This document shows, piece by piece, positions 9,940 to 20,043 of a stretch of DNA of 22,560 bases. The translations under genes were made by a program, and so were the position numbers. This stretch comes from Paraphysomonas bandaiensis. Its lineage: Eukaryota; Protista; Chrysophyceae. The notes below the pieces were generated by a model, which saw nothing but the letters and a program-made list of their open reading frames with translations, was not told where the DNA came from and did no database searches. Numbering within the stretch: the first letter of the stretch is position 1; each line of letters opens with the position of its first letter. The stretch covers positions 1-22,560 of the forward strand of contig CBFFRP010000626.1 of NCBI GenBank assembly GCA_965644295.1. Direction: 5' to 3'.

Positions 9940-11055
9940 TGCGAAGGAGCAGCAGGGTACTCTGTCCCTTGATGCAGATAGAGACTCTGATGTGTCCATT
10001 TTTGATTAGTGCTTCCGAAAGGAAGGAGTGTGTTTTGTTGTGTATGGGACTTTGAGTAAGCTGCGAGAGAGCAGCTGGGTACTCTGTCCCTTGTGATGTG
10101 TCTATCTTTGATTAGTGCTTCCGAAAGGAAGGAGTAAGTTAGTTGTGTATGGGACTTTGAGTAAGCTGCGAGAGAGCAGCAGGGTACTCTGTCCCTTGTG
10201 ATGTGTCTATCTTTGATTAGTGCTTCCGAAAGGAAGGAGTGTGTTTTGTTGTTTATGGGACTTTGAGTAAGCTGCGAGAGAGCAGCAGGGTACTCTGTCC
10301 CTTGTGATGTGTCTATCTTTGATTAGTGCTTCCGAAAGGAAGGAGTGTGTTTTGTTGTGTATGGGACTTTGAGTAAGCTGCGAGAGAGCAGCAGGGTACT
10401 CTGTCCCTTGTGATGTGTCTATCTTTGATTAGTGCTTCCGAAAGGAAGGAGTAAGTTAGTTGTTTATGGGACTTTGAGTAAGCTGCGAGAGAGCAGCAGG
10501 GTACTCTGTCCCTTGTGATGTGTCTATCTTTGATTAGTGCTTCCGAAAGGAAGGAGTGTGTTTTGTTGTGTATGGGACTTTGAGTAAGCTGCGAGAGAGC
10601 AGCAGGGTACTCTGTCCCTTGTGATGTGTCTACCTTTGATTAGTGCTTCCGAAAGGAAGGAGTGTGTTTTGTTGTTTATGGGACTTTGAGTAAGCTGCGA
10701 GGGAGCAGCAGGGTACTCTGTCCCTTGTTGCAGATAGAGAGATTAGTGCTTCCGCAAGGAAGGAGTAAGTTAGTTGTGTATGGGATTTAGAGTAAGAGAG
10801 TAAGCTGCGAGGGAGCGGCATGGTACTCTGGTTCTGGAGATAGATAGAGACTCTGATGAGTCCTTTAGATATGGGACATATAGAGGAAGCTGCGAGGGAG
10901 CAGCAGGGTACTCTGTCCCTTGATGCAGATTGAGAAATTAGTGCTTCCGAAAGGAAGGAGTAAGTTTAGTTGTGTATGGGGCTTAGAGGAAGCTGCGAGG
11001 GAGCGGCATGATACTCTTTTCCTTGTGATAGTTAGAGACTCTGATGAGTCCTTTA
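9940..11055 (+). repeat. Tandem array of ~105-106-bp units in the Gypsy leader
   Basis: The ATTAGTGCTTCCG(A/C)AAGGAAGGAGT block recurs near 10004, 10110, 10215, 10321, 10427, 10532, 10638, 10741 and 10936, with degenerate units at both edges. Confidence 0.97.
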
Positions 11056-11294
11056 GAACCGGGGCCCAAGAGATGGTCACCGGCTTTGATAAGTGATTTA
11101 TGAGCGCGGTCAGCGCAAGGCGAGCAGCCAACGTAGTGGGGGACAATGCATTCCCTCTTGCGAGAGAGAGAAATGATCAGTCCGGGGGAGCAGTGTCTCC
11201 GAGCCTTGGCGTGTACGCGTTTTACCCTTGTGGGGGGGAACGAGCCAGCGTTCGTCTTCCACTACGTAAAAATTAATCTTGAGGTCCGAGGGAG

Positions 11295-13500
11295 TTGGCC
11301 CCTCTGGACGTAGGAATCAGTGATATAGGGGAAGAGTGGTCGTACCCAGCGGAGGAACAGCTGCTTTCGCTGGGAGAAGATCTTTCAAATTTCTCAAATG
11401 GGTCGACAAGGGACCGAGAGGATATGAAAGAAATTCGCAACGATCAGTTAGACTCCATTGACTCTGATTATCTAGACTCTGAGGGTGAGTCTCCTACGAT
11501 TCCAGAAAAGGTTTATGGGTCACCGGACCTACAAGAAAAGATTCGTGAGGTCCTGTGGGATACAGGGATATCTTTCGATTAGGGATTCGAAAAGGAAAGC
11601 CCACGAAGTTGGAACTTTTAGTTAGAGAAGTCCGGAACCCAGCTGAGGCATGGCTGATGCCGGCAATAAATTGCCTCGTAGGAGGTTGGATAGGAGTCGT
11701 CAGCGCGAACTCCAACGTGGAGTGGAAAAGTTAGAGCGGTTGAGAGCGATCCAACCTAGCTCGACCACTCATTATAGTCATTCTTTTGTAGTTCCGTAGC
11801 CAAACAATAAGTGGCGATTAGTGTTGGATTATAAGAATCTCAACAAGGTTAGATCTGGCCAATTCCGAACATTAGGGATATGATTTATCGGATTGGTGCC
11901 AGTGGGCGAGGAGTCCCGTAATTGGGTCGCCTTTATTACTCAAAACGGGGTGTACGAGTGGCTCCGGCTCCCCATGGGTTTGAAAGGTGTCCCGTCCTTC
12001 TTCCAGCGGCAAATGCAAAGTAGTGCTAGCGGGTTTAGTGTATGAGATTTGTGAGATATATCTCGGTGAATGTGTTATATTTGCTAGCTCGGAAGAGGAG
12101 CTGATTAAGGATTATCAGCGGGTTTGGAGATATTTAGGAAGTTTGGCCTAGTACCCAGAAGGGGTTCATGGGTGTGGCAAATTTGGTGAGAGATTGCGTA
12201 CGCGAATATGCGCTGATTGCGAAACCATTGCATGCAATGTTGGGGAATTATACTAAGTCGCAGGCTAGACTTAAGGTATTGCAGTGGACGGAGGAGTCCA
12301 GTGTTGCCTTTGATGTGCTAAGGGAGCGCATTCATGAGTGTCCCTTATTATTTTTTATGGATGATGTTTCCCCCATCTTCCTATATACTGACGCGTCAAT
12401 AATTGGTATAGGGGCACACTTGGTGCAAGTCGTGGAGGGTCACGAGCGCACAATTGGGATGATTAGTAAGGCGTTCGACTCAACGTTAGCTAAGTGGCAC
12501 ACCTGCGAGCAGGAAGGTTTTGCCATCTTTTATGCACTAAATAAGTGGGAATACTTGTTGAGGGATCGACGTTTTACGGTTCGAACCGATCACGATAATT
12601 TACGCCAACTCAAGCAGGAGTATGGCCACATTAAGCGAGTGCAGCGCCTGTTTATGTGTTTTCAGTCGTTTGATATCGTGTTCGAACACCTTCCAGGGGA
12701 AATGAATGTGGTGGCTGATGCTCTTAGTCGAGTTTGTGGGGTGGACGCATCCGACAAGATCGATGACAATCTGTGCTCTTCTCTCGAGCGGTGCCTGGAG
12801 GAAGAGTCACATACTGAGGATCAGCGCATCTCTAATCACCTCTGGGAGGCGATTAAGGCTTGTCACAATAGTGTAGTAGGCCACCATGGGGTGGAACGTA
12901 CAATGGGAAAGTTGCGAAGGAGCAACAATGATTGGAAGAACATGCGTCAGCATGTTATACGTTTTATTAAGTGTTGTGTGTGTTGTCAACAGATGTCAAC
13001 CATTAAGCTGGATGTGGGTTCGGCTTTTTCCTCTATCTAAGTATTCCATGGGTGAGTGCATCTATAGGGATTATATTGAGGGTTTAATTCCCGGTGAGAA
13101 TGGGTATACTAGTATTCTGGTGATGATAGATATATTATTCGGGAGGTAAACTTTTATTAGGAGTGGAGCACTCCTTTACAGTAGAGTACTCAAAGGAAGA
13201 GAATGGTATGGTTGAGAGGGAGAATAAGGAAATTCTCCGTCATCTAAGGAATATTATTTTCGAGAAAGTGGTCTGATGTTCTGCCAATGGTGCAGCATAT
13301 TTAGAATGCGGCAATTCATGGGTCGACAGGAGTGGCCCCGGCACAGTTCTAGTGTATGGAGATGCCATAAACCTAGATGCAGGTTTTATTGTGGATAGGA
13401 AGAATTTGTCTCCAAGGGAGGAGAAGGATCTGTCCGAGTGGGTTGACAGTACGAGGAACAGATGCGTTGTTGAAGTATTTGAAGGCTCACTCTAACTATG
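11295..13500 (+). pseudogene. Decayed Gypsy pol (RT remnant, RNase H, integrase remnant, possible chromodomain tail)
   Basis: VVP*PNNKWRLVLDYKNLNK, WPIPNI, AFIT..GVYEWLRLPMGLK, YLGE instead of YLDD (~12059), RNase H YTDASIIGIGAHL/EQEGFAI/TDHDNL/NVVADALSR, integrase HNSVVGHHG...CVCCQ; stops, frameshifts and deletions. Confidence 0.9.
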
Positions 13501-13773
13501 CAGTACGAGCCCTACTACCCAAGAGAGAAAAGAAGCGCTCCAGGTCTCCGAACACGGCGGCAGAAGAAGTCATTTCGAGTGAGGATGAGTCGTCGCAGCA
13601 GTCAGGAGCTTGATTTATGAGTTTTGACGGTTAAAATCCGCTCTGTCCAGGTGACGGACACCTATGAGAAGGTTCTCATACATCACAATTTCGTTGGAGT
13701 GATCAGATAGTAGGGGTGATTTTTTTGTTGTTAGAGTATGTCGTTTTTTTTAGTACATGTGCCACATTTTTCC

Positions 13774-13791
13774 AAAAAGGGGAAGGGGTAG
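13774..13791 (+). other. Polypurine tract of Gypsy element
   Basis: AAAAAGGGGAAGGGGTAG directly before the 3' LTR. Confidence 0.88.
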
Positions 13792-13997
13792 TGTGGCATG
13801 AAACTCCTAGTTTTAGGGCTTGGGAGTTTCTCTCCTTCTGGAAACATGGGGTTTCCCTTCAGGATACGGTAGTCGAGTGGCAGTAGTTTCATGCCAGACT
13901 ATTCATACATGATTCTTATATACATAATAATCATATATTCTAGTCCTGCTCTGTTCTTGCTGTTAGCTACGTACTTGTAGGCAGTGGTTTGGGCACA
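13792..13997 (+). repeat. 3' LTR of Gypsy element
   Basis: Identical to 9495-9700. Confidence 0.95.
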
Positions 13998-14077
13998 ATA
14001 CATACATACATACATACATACATACATACATACATACATACATACATACATACATACATACATACATACATACATAC

Positions 14078-14108
<31 letters not shown>

Positions 14109-14215
14109 CATACATACATACATACATACATACATACATACATACATACATACATACATACATACATACATACATACATACATACATACATACATACATA
14201 CATACATACATACAT
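13998..14215. repeat. (ATAC)n microsatellite, right arm, ~218 bp
   Basis: Near-perfect run with one substitution near 14078. Confidence 0.99.
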
Positions 14216-14290
14216 CTGCACTCCTGGTGCATGTGCAGGTTACGGTTGTGTATTGTACATCCAGTTCTGTTTTGAGTCGCTGGGGTGGAT

Positions 14291-15674
14291 ATGAGTGGGG
14301 AGTCTTCAGTTGAGTGTTCATCTGATGATGAGTGGAATATTATGGAGACGAATACTTTGGTTTGGAAGGAGGATATGGTAAACGACTACAGGGTCATAGG
14401 GGAGCTGGGCAAAGGTACCGCTGTGTATCGTGTACGTGTCTCTCGCTGACAGGGTGTGTTTGCGACAGGGAGTTTCGGTATTGTTAAGAAGTGTCAGCGC
14501 GAAGTAGGCCCAGAGCCGTTTCGAATATTTGCCTTGAAGGTAATATACGTATACATCTGTCTGTTGGAGCATACATGATGATATTCTTCAAGTTTCTCAG
14601 TAAAAAAAAGTTGAGGAAGTGTGTTGATACAGTTCTCGATGATACTGGGTTCCCATGCCGAATTACAGGAATTGACAAGCTCAACAATGAAATAAATCTG
14701 ATGCGAAGGCTCTTTCATAGAAATGTATCTATATTGTTTGAGGTTGGTCGTGAAGGACTGGGCTAGTTGTTGCATGTAAACTTGTTCAACAGGTGATAGA
14801 TGATTCTGATGAAGATAGTGTTGTGCTAGTTACGGAATATATGGCTGGAGGTGCCGTTATGAACTACGTGCCGTCTCGTGGGGTCTATCAATACTCTGCA
14901 TTTTCTGCTGCAATATTGAAGGGTCAAGGAAAGGTTTTCGGTGATACTGGTATGTTTGAAGTATATAGTATGCTTCCTGGTTTTAACCTAGGGTATAGTT
15001 TTGGAAGCGTCGGACCTAGAATTCCCCAGACCTATGACAAATGAGGAATGCGCGTCGTTGTTTTGTGATTTGTTAGAGGTATGGCGTCTGGGCTGTGACA
15101 TTGAAGTCTTGTCATACATGTACTTTAGGGTGTGAGTTTTTTACACTCGAAAGGTATATGCCACCGCGATCTGAAGCCCGACAACCTTCTGGTGCACGAA
15201 TCGGGCTCTCTTCGTATATCTGACTTTGGATGTGCTGTGCAACTGGACCTGCAGTCGAATCCTAGAGGTCTAGTGTCTAATACCGTCGGTACTCTTGCAT
15301 TTTGGCCCCCTGAGGCGCTGTTGGATCCCACTGCTGATGATGATGTAATGCTGGGGCCGGATCCGAAGGAGTATTCCGCTTTTGACGCAGATGCGTGGGC
15401 TGTAGGGATGGTGCTGCACTGCTTTCTTTATGGCAAGCTCGTGTTTCCTTTAGTTGGAAGGAGCCACGTGGACATAATTCAGAGCATTCTTGCATTCAAC
15501 TCGAGTGATATAGATAGTGCTACTTCAGAATGTGACTATAACCAGAGGGATGAAGCTGCTAATTATGTGTGGAAAAATATGCTCATCCAAGACCGAGATG
15601 TCAGGTGGAATATCACGAATGCTATGCATTCTGAGTGGATCTGTAAAGAACTTCAGCGTAGAAAATCGTCGTAG
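14291..15674 (+). CDS. Ser/Thr protein kinase, CAMKK-like; 6 exons (14291-14414, 14469-14539, 14593-14742, 14793-14949, 14999-15078, 15129-15674)
   Basis: Manual splicing of five 49-54-nt GT-AG introns gives one frame: VNDYRVIGELGKGSFG, FALK, NEINLMRRLFHRNV, LVTEYMAGG, HRDLKPDN, DFG, GTLAFWPPE, DAWAVG. Subfamily judged from motifs only. Confidence 0.88.
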
Positions 15675-16483
15675 GTGACAATGCGTTCGTTATATATACT
15701 TTTTTGTGTGGAATGCTAAGTGATGACGTTTTGAGTCTCTGCGCACAATGTAGCCTAATTCTTGGCACTGTTGATAGCCTAAATTCAGACTGGACTGTTT
15801 GTCGCTATTATTTCGAGTGTAATATAGTAAGAAATATTGTTGAGTTCAACTGTATGATAACCTATGTATTGAGTAATAGAAGGGAGTTAATTTTGTACAA
15901 TTCTATACCTGTAAATCTCATAGTAGAATAGATGACAGATCATATTAAGTAATCAGAGGATGTATGAATATGATGTGAGTTGTTCAACAATATAATCTCT
16001 AAATACAATAATTACACAATTATTGTGGATTATTAGTTTCTAGAATTACAGAAGTACACAATTTATTGATGTAAAACGCCGCTGACAATTTAACTTAAAA
16101 ATCTTGTATCTTGTGTCAAGTTTGTAACGAATAAACGCTCAATCAACTTAATTTTTATAGCTTTTGTCACTCCCAGTCATTGTCAAGGTCAAATAAAGTG
16201 AAAATGTATTGGATTGCAATATATTGCAATTATTTATTTTTGCTTGCTACAATATATATAATATTATTTTAGCAAATTTGACCTCGCATTGTATTGAGAA
16301 ATATATATTGCAACATATTTATTAATTATTATTGGCCTTTAGAATAGTATTATTATTACGTTTTTTCTGGCAATATATATAGTATAATATACTGTATTGT
16401 TATCGTCCTTTGGTCAATGCTATCGTTGCAATTAATTAATAGTAGTGATCACTATTTCCCAGGGCTGCGTTATATAATATAAA

Positions 16484-16705
16484 TTGACTTCATTAGGCGG
16501 CCCAATATCCCCGGTTACCCTTAAGGTGGGCCCTGTCCCGGATGCTTGAATTCATCAAGGCCCAAAGACGTCTACACAAGTGATACTTATTAGTGTCCCT
16601 TGTGTAACACACAAGCATTCGGCTATGATTGAGCAGAACAATATCTGCTGACTATGTATGTACTTATCCCCCAGAACACCACGAAAAGGTGTGAGTCCAA
16701 CTTTG
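16484..16705 (+). ncRNA. Unidentified structured element, copy A (candidate ncRNA)
   Basis: Homologous to 17659-17889, with invariant blocks, indels in loops and linkers, and pairing-preserving substitutions; strand inferred from G-U pairs. Confidence 0.5.
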
Positions 16706-17658
16706 TTGAAAGAATTCGTAAGAAAGATACTTGTGATCAACATGTTGTTGTGGGTTTGGTCTAATTCCAAGTGAAATAATATCATGTCTAGTTGTGCAAT
16801 TACGGAACGACAATAAATTGTCTCAATCATGTGTGTCAATAGAGTTACAGAGCGAATTTGAATATCAGCTTTTGATGTACACGGCGTTAAAACCCATCAC
16901 AAGACACTCTACTAGTGTCGTGCGTCATCTGCTGGTGGACAATGTAACTTTCTTATAGCGTTGCTTTCGAAAAAAGGCAGTCGTGAAAATAATGCTAAAT
17001 TGAATAATTTATTTAAACAAAAAATAATGATAAAAAAATGTTTTTGCTCAATGTGGAAGATGATGATGAAAGTGGGTCCAGTTCAGAATGTCAACAAAAC
17101 ACAGAATTTTATTGATTACAACAACGGAAGCGGAAGCGAGCACGTTTTAACCAGCACGCTTGATTCCACAGTATGAAGCACGTGCAAGTTTATTCTCAGT
17201 AGAGCTCATCAGTGAGAATGTTATGGCTAATATTCAAGAGCTACTACTTTTCATGCATGAATCACGCCTCAGTATAGTTTTATACGAAAGTAGTGTATAG
17301 TATCAATTAATTGAGACGGCAGATAATAATTACAATTATAACTAACTATAAACTACAAACTGTGCCAATAAATTGTTACGCAGCCGTTCTATTTCCATAG
17401 CCTAGCCCTGTTGACAAAAACCTTGCAACCATTTTGTATAGTGATATGCGTATGCATTGTACATTGCACACACTATGGTACCACGTTGGCTTTTTATATT
17501 TTATCATATTAAAAGTCTTTTATTTTTAGCAATAGGCGTTAAAAACCTGCACCAACTTAGTAGCTAGATGAATGCTAGACAAACTATAGTTAAACCTCTA
17601 CCTGTAACTAATCAGTACACACTTTTTTTATCCTACTATTTAACGCTACGGAAGTTGC

Positions 17659-17889
17659 TTGACTTCATTAGGCGGCCCAATATCCCCGGTTCCCTTCCGG
17701 TGGGCTCTATTTATTCGTCAGGGCCCAAAGATGTCTACAAAAGTGACACTTATTGGTGTCCTTTGTATTCGGCTATGCGTGGGCAGAAGAATATCTGCTG
17801 ACTATGTTTGTGGCTCACGTTAGTTTCCCAGAGAGAATCTCTCCGGTAATTATCCCCCAGAACACCACGAAGGTGCGAGTCCGACTTTG
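17659..17889 (+). ncRNA. Unidentified structured element, copy B (candidate ncRNA)
   Basis: As copy A; carries an extra inserted hairpin (CCAGAGAG-AAT-CTCTCCGG). Confidence 0.5.
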
Positions 17890-18396
17890 CAGAGGGATAT
17901 TTTATCAAGCGGCTGCTCTACCAGAATGTGCATACCATCGTCATTAGTTTACTGTCGATATGATTGCTATTTTACAGCTCTTCCACCTGCGATAAAGGCA
18001 TGCTACATGCTAATAAGTAGAAAGGTATGTTAATATACAATATACAATACGGCCGTGTGAGTATTATTTAATATATATATTTCTTTCGCTTTATGTGAAA
18101 ATAAATAATATATGATGCAATTTTATGTATAGATTATAGATTATAGTTAATCTTAAATACATTATATCACATCTCTCCCTTTACATATCCTAATTCCTAA
18201 TCTTCCTCAAAGTAGCAATACTAGTATAATACTGCTTAATTCACTTACAATATTTATTATTTAATGCCTTACTTAGGCTTGAGATCTCAACTACTCTACC
18301 CACATTGGATGCAAGATCAGGGGAAAATAAAATACCTAATCATGCAAGTCACACACACCAAATCTTTCGCATTCAACAACATTACATCTCGCAACA

Positions 18397-19569
18397 TTAA
18401 ATACTGGCCTCATTATTATCCACTTTCGAGAGAGATTGCGCGTCGGGTATGTCGTTATGCTCAGTAGCGTTGTCCTCTGTACTATTGAGATCAGGAGGAA
18501 GGGCAATCTCAACATCATCTTCTCGTGCAATATCGTCTTCCGCCACAACAGCACTTGGCTCTCGCGGACTTTTCTCTGGCGTTTTATAAGGCTTTTTAGC
18601 AGCCATTTCGACTCCGTTTCCGGAGGCCGAGCGAGAACGAGGCTGTTTGGCCACAGAGTAAAAGGCTTTATCTTCACTCTGGCCGCTGTTTCTAAACACA
18701 ACATTGCTTCTATGAAGGAAGTCCGCAAACAGAACCTGCGACAGCGAGATCTGTCTGCACACGATGCGTCATAACGCTGAGCCCGATTAGCAAACCCAAT
18801 TCCCCAGCATTAGAAAGCACGGGGTATATACGCTGTCCAAAGCACTGACCCACGGCATGTAGCAGACTGAACGGGAGCATGTATCTCCAATAATAGTTGC
18901 GATTGCGTACACCGAGAGAAAAAATTCTTTGCATACCTAAACACAACACAGTTATTTACAATTTAACAAAACTAGAATCCTTGCCTTTGCATAACAATTG
19001 CAATCAGAATTGCGAATGCCGATAATAGCAATGACGGCAATAATGCCAGCCACAGATGTACAGACTTCGTACTTTCACCAAGCGTCTCATATCCAGCTAT
19101 TCCAGCATCTTTATCCTCATCATGTAAAAGGTCAAAATTCACTAAAATATTGACGGCAAATATCCCAATGGCATAAATTCGGACACACCATAATGAAATA
19201 CTAGCAATGTATCCCGACATCAACTCCCCTTGTTCGAATGGTATACATAAAAAGTGAGCCGTTCTAGACTGATGCAACCTGAAGGGTATTTCCAAAAACG
19301 GCTAAAATAAGCCCTGGTAATATTAAAGCTTGTGCGACGAAAACGAACTTAGCAAGGACGGAACGCTCGCTTATTCCTGTCGCCAATGGCTAAAACACAA
19401 TTTTCAAAAGCACATCAATAAACTCAGCAAGGGCAGTGCATGCACTGGAAGCATACTCAGCTTCTGTAGATACAAGAATTGCAATGCACAGAGCGTAGCA
19501 CTAATAGCAGCAAAAGCTATAAACAAAAACAAATTCATATATCTCGATATCGTGACCGACAAACGTCAT
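18397..19569 (-). CDS. Multi-pass membrane protein of unknown function with an acidic low-complexity tail; frame broken by about six single-base insertions (sequence error or pseudogene)
   Basis: Fragments join as MTFVGHDIE/MNLFLFIAFAAISATLC...CF/ENCVLAIGDR/ISERSVLAKFVFVAQALILPGLILAVF/EIPFRLHQ...IVMQR-intron-YAKNF/SLGV...AVAGS/FADFLHRSN...NEASI*; probable GC-AG intron at 18937-18984. Confidence 0.65.
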
Positions 19570-20043
19570 GATGCTATCAGATGAGTGCTGTCGATGCGTT
19601 TGTTATGTTATGGGCTGTTATAGTTGAGGCCAGATACAGCAGATTATCAACAACAGAGCATGGAATATTTTAAACCATAAGCTAGCCGCACCTGTATAGT
19701 CTTACCACCAGAGATAGCGCCACTGCTACGTGTTCGAGTTGTGCTCTGGCTCGGAGTATGTTAATGTCAGGAGCGTGTGGAGTCATCCACATGCATGCAC
19801 ACCATATACCACGTATACCGCGTATACCTCACGTATACCTCCAGATACGAATACCGAATACGACAATCGGAATACAGTACACACATATCTCCATCAGCGG
19901 TATACCACCTGTATACAGCGGTAGGCAGATACATGGCGAGATATTTGAATTTGGAGACGCGAGCAGTACACACACACACACACACGTGATCCATGTGACA
20001 TCCAGGCAGATAGTGACTGAACTAGACACATACAGACCACGCA

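Larger units (their letters stand above)
9495..13997 (+). mobile_element. Non-autonomous Ty3/Gypsy LTR element (probably chromovirus-derived)
   Basis: Identical 206-bp TG...CA LTRs (9495-9700, 13792-13997), PPT at 13774-13791, ATAC on both flanks, decayed RT-RNase H-integrase in Gypsy order, no recognisable gag or protease. Confidence 0.93.

Noticed and set aside
9940-11055. CRISPR-like array
   Set aside because: Whole units repeat with no unique spacers; no cas genes; lies inside a eukaryotic LTR element.
10853-11070. Hammerhead ribozyme/retrozyme (CTGATGAGTCC at 10853 and 11041)
   Set aside because: No GAAA after the would-be stem II and no stem III; better explained by the hairpin GACTC-TGAT-GAGTC.
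15700-16170. AT-rich region after the kinase and ORF 15704-15931
   Set aside because: Looks like 3' UTR/intergenic DNA with no supportable feature.
16484-16705. Assignment to RNase MRP, telomerase RNA, SRP RNA or a group I intron
   Set aside because: TCCCCGG lacks the GAAAG and GGGGCT partner of MRP P4; no telomeric template conserved in both copies; no SRP helix-8 motif; group I P3 and G-site pairings could not be built.
16555-17947. Small ORFs overlapping or between the structured elements
   Set aside because: Frames are not conserved between copies and indels are not codon-sized; no recognisable domains.
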